A stretch of DNA of 63,694 nucleotides. Source: Chara braunii. Taxonomy: Eukaryota > Plantae > Charophyceae. This document shows, one piece after another, positions 24,175-35,843 of the stretch. The number at the start of each line of letters is the position of its first letter. Position 1 is the first letter of the stretch. Below the pieces are notes generated by a model that ran no database searches, was not told the origin of the DNA, and saw only the letters and a list, made by a program, of their open reading frames with translations. The translations under genes were made by a program, and so were the position numbers. Location: NCBI GenBank assembly GCA_003427395.1, contig BFEA01000016.1, positions 3,488,115 through 3,551,808 of the forward strand, in the 5' to 3' direction.

Positions 24175-25829
24175 CTTCAACTAACTGGGAGGCCCAGCTT
24201 CCAGTTAGTTGCACAACCTTGGGTCCCAGATTCAGACAGGGAGGTAATTGGGGCCTCTGCAACTATCCAGTAGGCCCAGCCTCAAGTCAGTTACACAGGC
24301 TGCAGCCAGGACGCACATTGGAGGGCACGAGGGTCTGCCGACCGCGCAGAGGACAAAAGAGAGGGCATTGGCATCAGGTGGAAGCACTGCCAGACTGTGC
24401 CACGGCCAGATAGCACGTGGGAGAGAGGAAGAAGCCGTGGCGCTGTGAGGCCAGCACCTGCCATAGCGAGCAGCACTGAGCAGGGAGCTGGGTAGTCAGG
24501 TGTAGGGGTGGTGAGAAAAGAAGAGGAAGACATTGGGAAATGACGGTGCTTACCTGACGGTGCTTACCTGACGGTGCTTACCTGGTGTCGGCAGAGGAGC
24601 ATGTGTGTGAACAGACTCTTCAGCAGCATCTGGCGAGAGGCTTGTGGGCACACAGAGAGAAGAGGAGAAAGACATTGGGAAATGAAGGTGATTACCACAC
24701 AGAAAGCGGGAGGTAGTGGGCTAGTGTGTGTAGATGGAGTGGAAAGTAGTATAGGCGAACACATGGTACTAGGGGTAGCAAACGCATCATATTAGGGGTA
24801 CCATGTCCTTGTTGTATTGATTATTGGAGGCGGCTCTCTTTGTCGAGATTCTTCAGTGTTCGTTGTGTCCATAATTGGTGTCCTCTCGGCTTTTGCAATT
24901 CTGCTGTCAACTCACTCACTCATGCTTGGTCGTATTTGAGTTTTCGCATCTCTAAAATATTTTCTCGCATTAAATGATTCAGATAAACAAAGCAGATTTT
25001 GGTCCTTCGCAAAGTAGTCACTCTGACAGTCGGTGCCCCTGGATCGATCTGCTGGCAAGCGGGCGTTCCACCCAATATATATAAAAGATACAGCGATCCC
25101 GATGTCACACACAGTCGCGGGCCCACGGAAAACGGAGGGACGGGTGGGGCCAGCCACGACGCGTTGAGACGAAACGGCGCAGCGGGAAAAAGAGGAAAAA
25201 CTGCGGGACGGGCGGGGCCAGCCACGACGTGCGCCGACGCAAAACGGCGTAGGGGGGAAAAGGGCAGGGTCTGTCACGGGGCCGGGGCCCGTATTTGCGA
25301 TGACAGTCATGGTGGTAGGCGGGGGTGTGGTGCCACAGGCGACGACGGCGGTGGTGGTAGGCGGGAGTGTGGTGCCGCAGAGGACTGTGGACAACGCGTC
25401 GGTTGGGGGCGCGTCGGTTCGTGCGGCAATGCGAGCGGGACACTAGGGGGCAGAGGGCCGGCACCGAGAATCGAATGGTGCAGACTGCCCCACACAAACT
25501 GCCGGCGGGTGAGGGCGCGGCCCGCGGGATGAGCGGTAGGAGGAAGGGGGGAAGAGCAGGAGGAGCTGCAGGAGGAGCAGCGGGAGGAGGAGGAAGAGCC
25601 GGAGGAGCAGCAGGAGGGCGAGCAGGAGAAGGGCCCATCATCTGTTGTTGTCAAGCGGTGTGAAAGGGAGGACGCGCGCGCGCGAGAGAGAGAGAGGGAG
25701 AGAGAGGACAGCCGCGAAGACTGCCGGCGGGTGAGGGCGTGGCCTGCGGGACAAGTGGGAGGAGGAAGGGGGGAAGAGAAGGAGGAGCGGCGGGAGGAGG
25801 AGGAAGAAGAGCGGTCAGGGCACGGAGGT

Positions 25830-26640
25830 CGCAATCAGGGGAAGTAGAGGTCGGGATGGAGAAATGGGATCGGNGAGGGNAGTCGGGATCACAATCAGGG
25901 GAAGTAGAGGTCGGGATGGAGAAATGGGATCGGAGAGGGAAGTCGGGATTGGGGGACAGAGGTGGGGATGGATGGGGGAAAGTGGGGGAAAGGAAGCCGG
26001 GATGGGGAGGGAAGTCACCGGACGGAGGTCAGGGGAGAGAGGTGGGGATCGGTGGAGGGAAGCGAGGATCGGGGGAGAGGTGGGGATCGATGGAGGGAAG
26101 TCGGGATTGGGGAGAGGTGGAGATCATGGAGGGAAGTAGGGGGAGGGATACTGGAATGAGGAAGGAAGTTGACGAAGGGAGGTCGGCGGAGGGGGATCGG
26201 AGTAGGGAGGGGGGATCGGAGTAGGGAGGTTGGTATAGGGATGTCGGAGTAGGGATGTCGGAGTAGGGACGTCGGGGGAGGCAGGGGAGTCGGGATGGGA
26301 AGGGAAGTCGTGGGAGGGGGGTCAGTGCAGGGAGGGAAGTCGGGATGGGAAGGGGGGTCAGTGCAGGGAGGGAACTCGGGATGGGAAGGGGGGTCAGTCC
26401 ACGGAGGGAAGTCAGGATGGGAAGGCGGGGAGGGGGAGGGGAGTCGGGGAGTGGTGGTCGGCCGCTCGGCGGAGGGAAGTCGGGGCAGGGAAGTCGGTGC
26501 AATGAAGTCAGGGCAGGGAAGTCGAGATGGGGAGGGAGGTCAGCGGAGCAAAGTCTGTGGAAAGAAGTCGGGGGAGGGAGGGGAGGGGGACTGGGGACAT
26601 GGGGGGGTTGAATCGCGGGGAGGGAGGGGGGAATAGGAGG
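25830..26640 (+). repeat. Purine/G-rich degenerate minisatellite (GGGAAGTCGGGATGG-like)
   Basis: Dozens of GGG-run units with strong strand asymmetry. Confidence 0.75.
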
Positions 26641-26863
26641 TGGTGTGGCGGTGTATATTTCCATGCCAAAAAACGAAGAAAAAAAAGAAAAATGTGGCGG
26701 TGTATATTTCCTTGTTCTAGTGGGAGATCCGTTCGATTTTGCTCATCCTATCAATGGAAGTACCCTCTTTCTCTCTCTCTCACCCAGACACACACAGTAT
26801 TTGGAAAATAGCACCCCCCAGAAAAAAAGGAGACTCTTTCTCTCCCCCCACAAAAAAAGGAGA

Positions 26864-26927
<64 letters not shown>

Positions 26928-27001
26928 ACTTGCATCGATAGGATGAGCAAAATCGAATGAATCTTTTGCTCGAACATCGAAATACACACTACTGCGCGCT
27001 G

Positions 27002-27041
<40 letters not shown>

Positions 27042-27084
27042 TCATCCTATTGACGGAAGTGTAATAGTGTATATTTCAATGTAG

Positions 27085-28110
27085 TGCAAGGAAAATGAAC
27101 AGAAGCGAGATGATAATATTCAGATTGCACAATCACATTGAAAGCCAAATCGTAACACAGTGTTCAGGAAGCAGCATTGCACCAATATAACACCAATGAA
27201 GAGTCGTAGCACTGAAAGTCAATGTCAATGAGAGCTTGCTCTCACCACCACCAACATATGTATCCAGTCTCTATCTCCCTACCTGGCGCTCGGCGCCCAG
27301 CCTACTCCCTACACAGCTACTACTAGCCTACGAATTGACAATGCAACTGTCGATGTCAGCAGCACCCGAATTACTTGAAGATGTCACCCATGCAGAACCA
27401 CCGCCAATACCAGGTATGTGCCCTCACATCATCATCATCATCATCCTTCTCTCTCCCCCTTGACTCTCTCCCACGTCTCCCTTTGTTGTACACCCGAAGA
27501 CCACCCCTGCGCCTCACTGTATGTCCAAGCCCAGAGCCAGCTGTGGAGGCTGGGCTATGGCACTGCCCTCAGCAGCGCCCTTCTTCACCACAAGACCGCG
27601 CCCTTCTTCACCACAAGACTGCACGTGCGCAGCCTCTTGCTCCAATGCCAGCAGCCAGCACGCGAGCTATCGCTCCAGCAGCGCTGCCGCCAGCGAGCAA
27701 GTGCCCGAATGCCCTGGCCAGGCAGCGAGCTCTTTCCTATATGGAAAGAGCCTGCCTCGTTCGGCAGCCTGGCTGGACTGGTCTGGGCCCAGAAGCTTCC
27801 GGTAGGCCCCAAGATGCTGCGCGTCTGGTGCAGCTACTGGGCCTCATTTCGTTGGGCCTACTGTCTGTGTATGAGGCTGCGAATCTGGCCCAAGGCCTGA
27901 GCTTTTGGAAAGGCCTGGAAGGCCTGGGAATTTCCACGCTGCTCGGCCTGTGTTTCCCTTCAACCAACTGCCGCGACGAAACTCCCTGGACCCCCAAATG
28001 CGAAATTGACAACCAAGGGCCTCTCGTGATTTGTTAGGCCCGCCTTCACTTAGGGCGGGCACTCTTGCAACAGGGGCCCCTCAGGTGCCGAGGACCCAGA
28101 TTCTCGCAGT
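27085..28110 (+). mobile_element. ~1-kb dispersed element, copy 1 (TGCAAGG start, invariant 3' hairpin)
   Basis: Homologous to 31880-32954(-), 41925-42910 and 52094-53090. Confidence 0.75.
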
Positions 28111-28290
28111 AGTAGTGTATATTTCAATATTCTGAGATCAGGGGGGAGTCAGGAGGATGCGGGGGAGAGAGAGAGAGAGAGAGCGCATCCTATCGATGGA
28201 AGTGTAATAGTGTATATTTCGATGTAGTAGTGTATATTTCGATATTCTGAGATCAGGGGGGAGTCAGATTACTGCCAAGGGAAAACATGT

Positions 28291-28321
<31 letters not shown>

Positions 28322-28465
28322 CACGAGAGAGAGAGAGAGAGAGAGGGTACTTCCATTGATAAGATGCGCAAAATCAAATCAATCTACTGCTAGAACATTG
28401 AAATATAAATCGAATGAATCTTCCACTAGAACATCGAAATATACACTATTACATGCGCATGTGTG

Positions 28466-28527
<62 letters not shown>

Positions 28528-28595
28528 TTCAGGGGGATGTCAGATTGTTACGAAGGGGAAACAGCAGAGGCAGAGAATGGTTTGTGTGCGTGTGT

Positions 28596-28641
<46 letters not shown>

Positions 28642-28791
28642 ATCCTATCAATGGAAGTGTATATTTTGATGTGGTAGTGTAGATTTCGATATTTTGAGGA
28701 AGAGAGAGAGAGAGAGAGAGAGAGAGCATCCTATTGATGGAAGTGTATATTTTGATGTAGTAGTGCATATTTCGATATTCTGAGGACGCGT

Positions 28792-28865
<74 letters not shown>

Positions 28866-29493
28866 AGGGGGGAGTCAGATTGCTGCCAAGGGGAAACAGC
28901 AGAGGCAGAGAGAGAGAGAGAGAGAGAGAAGAAGAGAGAGAGAGAGAGAGAGAGTTCAGGGGGGAATGAGATTGCTGCCGAGGGAAAACAGCAGAGGATG
29001 CAGTACCCGAAACCTCCTAACACTAACAGAGCAGGACCTCAGCCTGAGACCATAAAACATGTAACTGCAGTTATTGTTTGAGAGAGAGAGAGAGAGAGAG
29101 AGAGATTTTCCAGATACCCTGAGACATATGTCAAAATGTCCCTTGAGAGATATGGGCACAGTGGAATGCCCAAGCCTTTTGCTGTTTCGCCTACGAAAAC
29201 TTGACAACTGCCGGGGCATTTTGCAAAGTTGGGCGGCGTCCGGTACGGGCACATTGCAAAGATGGAGTCCAGCTGATGGCTGGGGTGTTTCGCAAAATGT
29301 TTTTGTCATCGTCCTTGTATATTTAAGTCCTTTTCCTCAGGGTCCATACCATAGTTGCGGCACACCAGTGTGCAGTGCGGTGGGGCCGGTGCGCTGTGCG
29401 CTGGAATGACAGCACGCGCAGTGCGCAGTGCCCGCGTGGAGGGAGGTGGGCCCTCTGCACAAAAAAAAAAAAACACGAATAAAAACAATATAT

Positions 29494-29606
29494 TCCTGAT
29501 GAGTCGGTGAAACTCCGACGAAACAGTTTGTCACAGCCCCTCGTTTGTTGTCCTCTTCTCCCTCTCTGCCTACGGTTTACCGGGCAGTTCTATTTGACGA
29601 TATATA
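29494..29606 (+). mobile_element. 5'-truncated ribozyme element with half hammerhead (CTGATGA-stem II-GAAA only)
   Basis: Nearly identical to 1651-1765; ATATA present on both flanks. Confidence 0.85.
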
Positions 29607-30866
29607 AGTGCCCCCTACGGAATTCAAAATTCGGCAGCCCCTGCCTGAAAAAGTGTTTTGGGCTCAGGGCATGGCTGGTTTCCGAACTCGTGCGCCGAGT
29701 TGGACATTTTTGCTGGCTCATTGGCCCTAAGAAATTATGAAACCCCTACTTTTTTTTTTTTCTGGACCTTTATTTTTCCAGTGCGGTGCGTGAAGTCCGT
29801 GCGGTGCGCAAGGTGTGGGCAAATCCGCGCATCGAGGTGCGCCGCAACTATGGTCCATACGCCCGAATGTCCCCATCAACACCCCCATAGCCCAATCCGC
29901 GCATCGAGGTGCGCCGCAACTATGGTCCATACGCCCGAATGTCCCCATCAACACCCCCATAGCCCCCCCNNNNNNNNNNNNNNNNNNNNNNNNNNNNNNN
30001 NNNNNNNNNNNNNNNNNNNNNNNNNNNNNNNNNNNNNNNNNNNNNNNNNNNNNNNNNNNNNNNNNNNNNNNNNNNNNNNNNNNNNNNNNNNNNNNNNNNN
30101 NNNNNNNNNNNNNNNNNNNNNNNNNNNNNNNNNNNNNNNNNNNNNNNNNNNNNNNNNNNNNNNNNNNNNNNNNNNNNNNNNNNNNNNNNNNNNNGTACAG
30201 TCCGGAACTCAGATTTGAAAAAGAGTCAGACGACGGCTCTCTACAGACTGGTCGGCAGACCGCCCACTGGTTGGCCCAACTGGTATGCTTCAAAATGGTC
30301 TCCTTTCAGCGGGTATGCAACTCTGGTCCTTTGGTTTCAAAGATCTGCTGATATCCCGTCACTACTAAACTATGCTATGTAACTAGACAAGCTTCAATAA
30401 GGAAAATAATAGCTCAGTTCCATCCTTTTTTGAATGCACTGGACACACCGAGTACTACAATGTCCACATGCCCGATTGGCCTGCAAAGTAAGAAAAAAAA
30501 TTAAAACAACTAACAGTAGTAGTAGGTGTTTGAAAAGGAGAGTGAAAACAAACAAATGTTGCCAGTGGGGCAGGTTAAGTGTACAGCCTGTCTCTTCTCC
30601 CCGACAGGTGAATATGGTCAGAGGCTGTCATGATGGGTGATGTTCTGTGATGTATTCTTGAAGCAAGGGTTTGAGAAACAAGTTCCCTGGGATTTATGCC
30701 ATGTGCATGGAGTGCAAGGTGTGCGTATGGATGGACTTGTACGCGAATGCAGCTGACGGTTGTGTTTGCCACCATAGGGGGGTTGATGTCTGAAAGTTTC
30801 ACATTATGATGAGCTGAACAGAGAACTTTGTGGCATTATTTTTTCTTGTTTGGGCTATGGTTCCAG

Positions 30867-31016
30867 TCTGAGTGCGCTCGAGTTGTTTATCACGGAGCGA
30901 GTGATCTTCATCCAGGAAGCAAGCAGTTATTACTACAGGACGTTTTCATATTTCTTTGCTAAGATCATGGTGGACGCTGTGCTACTTCGAGTTGTGCCCT
31001 CAGTGCTCTATGGCCT
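30867..31016 (+). CDS. ABCG transporter exon (TMD)
   Basis: TTCCAG| acceptor and CT|GTAAGT donor; SLSALELFITERVIFIQEASSYYYRTFSYFFAKIMVDAVLLRVVPSVLYGL carries the ABCG ER..F.rE motif; phases match both neighbours. Confidence 0.93.
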
Positions 31017-31673
31017 GTAAGTTGTTTCCCATGGGGACTGGATCCTGCTCTTTAGCGCATTTCTCCACTCATCTGGATGAGCATGGAAGCAATTCAATGG
31101 CTTGCACGAACTGTGTGCAGTTCTGATGTGCAGACCCTGAGAATAAATGTAAGGTGTTAGATCGGAGTGCACTACTTGTCTCAACTCGCTCACGCCCATC
31201 CCACCTATCTGCACCCTCTCTCTTCGCCCAATCCCAGGTGGAATTGAATATCTTCCTTTTCCATCGATTCGCTTCTGGTCTCTGTTTGTTTCTGCTGCCC
31301 TTTGCCCCCTTTGTTTTCAATCTTTTTTCTTTCCGAAGTTCCCATGGCGGCGCTGATGCTCATGTTTTTTTTTTGGGGGGGGGAGGAGAAGGGAGAGAGA
31401 GAGAGAGAAAGTTGCTTTCACCCATTCCACCTCAATTCAAGTCTCTTCCTTCCCATTGCGGTACAATCTAGTGTTCGCATCCTACAGCAACCGCTGCTTG
31501 AGAAAGTGTGTTTCCCATCTCATTGACTAGCTTCCGGTCCATGTTTTGCTTCGATTGTCATATGCCCTCGTATTTTTTTCATGAAATAACTGTGTTTGAG
31601 GAATTTGTCCTCAGGGGCCCTGTAGACAACATGCATATGTTCCAACTGTGCAACTGTGGCCCCAGCAAGCCTC

Positions 31674-31715
<42 letters not shown>

Positions 31716-31879
31716 CGCTTCCTTTCGATTGCGGTACAATCTAATGTTTGCATCCCACGGCATACGCTGCTTGAGAAAGCGTGTTTCCCATCTCATTGAG
31801 TAGCTTCCGGTCCTTGTTTGCTTCAATTGTCATGTGCCCTCGTATTTTGTATCAAATAACTGTTTGTGAGGAATGTGTC

Positions 31880-32954
31880 CTCAGGGGCCCTGTAGACAAC
31901 ATGCATATGTTTTGACTGTGGCCCAGCAAGCCTCGTGCCCGCCCTAAGTGAAGGCGGGCCTGAATATCCACGAGAGGCACTTATCGAAGCATTTTCCAAT
32001 ATGGGTCTCAGAGAGTTGCTGCACGCCAGTTGGTTGAAGTGCAACCTCGGCCTCACCCTGGGCTCTTCCAGAAGCATCAGCTGCGTCAGGCAGTTGAGCC
32101 TGGGACGTGGGTAGTTGCGCTCTGGGCACACGCAGCATGAGGCCAACACATCACGAAGTGCCCACGGGCCAACGAGAAGGCAGCATTGTCGCCGTATCTA
32201 CCCCGTGGGCCGGTGCAAATGCAGCAAACATTTGAAGCCTGGAAAATTCTGGGTGTGCCCAACTGAAAAGGGTGGGCCTAGGCACAGACACTGGGGCCCG
32301 AGCGGAAGCTACGGGAAAGTTCCACGGCCAGGCCCAGAGAGTCCAGCAGCAGCAACCTCTCCCAAATTTGGGAATGAGGCTGGCCAGTGCTGGCCATTCT
32401 GGCCTGGGCGGGCAATGAGTACACGCTGCTCCGCTCGCATGCAAGTGCCTGCATTGCGCATCTGCTGGCTGGGGTGCACGTGGGCGTTGAGAGGTGATGG
32501 GCGCCGCTGGGCAGCGGGGCGCTAGTGCCCATAACCAGGCTGCAGGCCACGACGGCAGAGGAGGGCGATGGGGGTCTTCAGGAGGAGGCGCAGATGTGGG
32601 TGGACAGGGGATGATGAGGGAGACGAGAGTACATATCTGATGTATGTGACTGGTCGGCATTGGTGCTGATGTCATGTACATCGGTCTTCAAAGTCAAGTG
32701 AGCCTGTTGCAAGAACGTAGGTAGGATAGGTAGGATGAGTCGAGTAGGGTGGGCGCTGGGTGCCAGACAAGAGGAGCGACATTGAATACTGCGTTGGTGT
32801 GGCCTGAGGGCTTGAACATTGGCTCACGAGTTTGCTCTTATTTGGATGGAATCTTGGTGCATTTGAGCTCTCTGCTTGTTACATGACTCTCTGGACGTCT
32901 GCGTGGTTTTACAACTTGGTTTTCTGTATATCGCTCTCGCTCGTATTCCTTGCA
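31880..32954 (-). mobile_element. ~1-kb dispersed element, copy 2 (divergent)
   Basis: CCTTGCA at 32948-54 (reverse-complement start); invariant hairpin at 31935-31961. Confidence 0.65.
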
Positions 32955-35431
32955 TGTTTATTGTGCTCCCACCAATATGAACAATGCGGGACCATAAGGC
33001 CCATTTTTTCTTTCTTGTTATGATCCTGGTTAGCTCCCAGGGCACGAAGGGACAATGCCATTACATTGCAGCACAGAGGATAGAGATTGGAAGAAGAATT
33101 GAGACAAGGGAGGAAGAGGAATGAACAATTAAAGAAGAAGGAGATAAACACAAAATGAGACCAACGTCTTCTCTCTCCCTCACTTCGCCTACATCATCTC
33201 CCCTGACTCCCCCTTATCACGTTTTCCATCATTCTATACTCGACAATAATAAGCGACATATCTCCTAACTGCCAGCACTCACAAGAGCCCTCCAATCGCA
33301 TGGATAGAGTTGATGGAAGATGCCCACTTGCTTGGCATGAGGGTGCCTTTGGGGTAGCGTGAATGGTAATCACTGAGAATGATGTGTTACATGCTTAGGA
33401 CACTGATGTTGGCGAGAGCACACATTGTTGGTCAATCCCTGAGCTGGGGTTGATGGAGGATGCCCCATTGCTTGGCATGAAGCAAGTAAGTCTTGTTACG
33501 ACAGTCTGGGAGTCCTCAAAACCGTTATGAATCAGTCAAATCTGGTCAGTTGTCCAGAGAACATACCCGGCCATGGGGTGCCACTGGAATAAGATGTGAC
33601 CGGGAAGTCCCTGACAGCCGCTTTATCAAAGATGCTCATCAGAAAGTGAGGGATCGGATCTAACCTGGAACAGCTAAGAATGTACAGGAGCCATCCAGCC
33701 CTGTAGTTTCCTTCCAGTTAAGGCCTCAATGCTCTTGTGGAGGTGGTAATTGACTGCGTGAACAAACATCTTCAATGAGGGAGTAGGTGAAGGCATATCA
33801 TGGAGCAGCTCAAAGTGACACTTGAGGAAGTTTGTTGGTGTAGCGGATGTTGTCCGACTAGAACATTAGATTGGCAATTTCTGCATCAGTGCTGTTTGCT
33901 ATTGGCGTGCCTGATGTTGGTTGTTTGTCTCCGCCATGTCCAGTCTTGAAGAAAAGGACCGTGTAGATCCTACAGCAGGGGTACACCCCAGCTGAGAGGA
34001 CTTTGGATACAAGGGCAAGCTGACAGTCAATCCTCCATAAAATGGAGTAATCAATGCTGTACAGGGGTCCTTCAGCCGAATGGAAGGAAGCGTGTGTGTA
34101 TTGTTGTGCTCTTTTGACTTGCTGGTGAAAAAGGAGCGGACTGACGCGCCCTGGAATGGATATGGAGCCAGGACCATAAGGTCCTGTTTTCAGTTTTTTT
34201 TCTTTATTTTTTAAAGAAGAAGAGAGGAAGAAAGTAGAAGAAAGGGAAAAAAAAGAAAAGGACCATGAAGAATGGGGGAGAAAACAGTAGCCCTGGCAAA
34301 ACAGATTCTTGAGGAGGCCATGTGCAAGCTTTTGTATCGATCGACCTCGAGAAATGGCACACACAGGGATTGCAGGCATCTACCGAGGCTGGGTCAGAAC
34401 CGTGCTGACAGGAGCAGCAACTGGAATGCAAGTCTACGGCGTCACATCCGACAAAATTATGATCACCAGATTGGTGCGGCAAGGGTGCCCGCCATCTCCT
34501 GCACTATGTCATCTACATTGAATCAACGCATGACATTTTGAGGGCTGATGATCGATTAGTCAGCATGAAGGCTGGCCCAGTGGAGCTGCAGTCCACGGCA
34601 TTTCCGGATGACTCAGGGCCAGTAATACCCCCAACGACCGAGCAATTGATTATCCTGAAAGAGGACTTGCAGACGTTTTGCAAGTACTCAGGGGCAGGGG
34701 TCAAGTGGTGCAAATCGAAGGCCATCCTCCTGCTGGGGAAGCCCCGCTGGCAGGCTGGGACATTCCGACAGCAGTGGACGAAGAGAGAATGAGGTTACTA
34801 GGAGCTAGCATAGTGCCGAGCTATGGAGGGGTCGAACAGATGGCGATAAGAGGTATGGTGGCGGTGGCCCGACTCAAAACATGGAGTAGGAGGGGGAGTA
34901 TGGGAGTGTTTGGTAAAGCCATCATTGTTAAAAACTCGGTGCTCGCTACTCTATGGTATGCAGGTGCTGTCCATATGCCGGTCAAGCGTACCTTTCTATA
35001 TCTTAGGAGAGCGATCCACGCACACTTATGGTTAAATAACGCGGGAGAGTGGGAGGATCCCGGCAAGAAGTCACCCGGATCCACCTGGCATATGTACTTC
35101 AAGTGCCGGCGGGTACTGTATGGTATGCAAGTGCTGTCTATATGCCGGTCAAGCGTACCTTTCTATATCTTAGGAGAGCGATCCCTACACACACTTATGG
35201 TTAAATAACGCGGGACAGTGGGAGGAGCCTGGCAAGAAGTCACCCGGATCCACCTGGCATATGCACTTCAAGTGCCGGTGGGTAAGGTGGATTTGTGCCT
35301 ACTGGACGATAAGGCAATACGCCACATCCGGAGAGAGACGGTGTGGTCAACAAAGTTGGCGCTGCATAAGAAGGTGCATAATACTGCATACGCCGCCAAC
35401 CGCGGATGCAGCCTACAATCAGCTGCTGTTC

Positions 35432-35509
35432 TTGATTTAAAGCTCGAGTACGTTGCGTATGTCGTTTTGATTCTCTACCATGACGAATTAATTGATTCAT
35501 TGTAGGCAT
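35432..35509 (-). pseudogene. rps12: Mitochondrial rps12 5' fragment (26 codons), NUMT
   Basis: MPTMNQLIRHGRESKRHTQRTRALNQ matches the plant mitochondrial S12 N-terminus and breaks just before the expected CPQ. Confidence 0.85.
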
Positions 35510-35614
35510 ATGTGTGGTTTTGTTTTTTGTTAATTAAATTAATGCAACTGACAGGCTTCGGTAGTGTGACCCGCCTGACCTGGCCCTTTGATATGATAGA
35601 TATCATATCATATA

Positions 35615-35687
35615 TATCCCTTACGGGATTTGAACCCGTGTCTTCGCCATGAAAAAGCGATGTCCTATACCCCTAGACGAAAGGGAC
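35615..35687 (-). tRNA. trnE: Mitochondrial-type tRNA-Glu(UUC) within NUMT
   Basis: Acceptor GTCCCTT/AAGGGAT; anticodon arm TCGCT-TT TTC AT-GGCGA; GGTTCAAATCC. Confidence 0.85.
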
Positions 35688-35695
35688 GAATGAAT

Positions 35696-35770
35696 GTGCT
35701 TGTAGCTCAATTGGATAGAGCACCAAACTACGGATTTGGGGGGTTGAGAGTTCAAGTCTTTCCAAGCATG
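35696..35770 (+). tRNA. trnR: Mitochondrial-type tRNA-Arg(ACG) within NUMT
   Basis: Acceptor GTGCTTG/CAAGCAT; anticodon arm CCAAA-CT ACG GA-TTTGG. Confidence 0.85.
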
Positions 35771-35843
35771 GGCCTATAACTCAGTTGGTTAGAGTATACG
35801 CCTGATAAGTGTAAAGTCAGTAGTTCAAATCTGCTTAGGCCCA
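35770..35843 (+). tRNA. trnI: Mitochondrial-type tRNA-Ile(GAU) within NUMT
   Basis: Acceptor GGGCCTA/TAGGCCC-A; anticodon arm TACGC-CT GAT AA-GTGTA. Confidence 0.85.

Noticed and set aside
24912-26811. Long Gly/Pro/Arg-rich ORFs
   Set aside because: Products of GC-rich low-complexity repeats, open in several frames on both strands.
27375-28037. Conserved protein encoded by the 1-kb element (ORFs ending ...PLVIC)
   Set aside because: Similarity switches frames between copies and is explained by DNA homology; no recognisable domain.
35615-35843. Functional nuclear tRNA cluster
   Set aside because: Organellar-type sequences abutting a broken rps12 inside a LINE, without Pol III oligo-T terminators; best explained as a NUMT.
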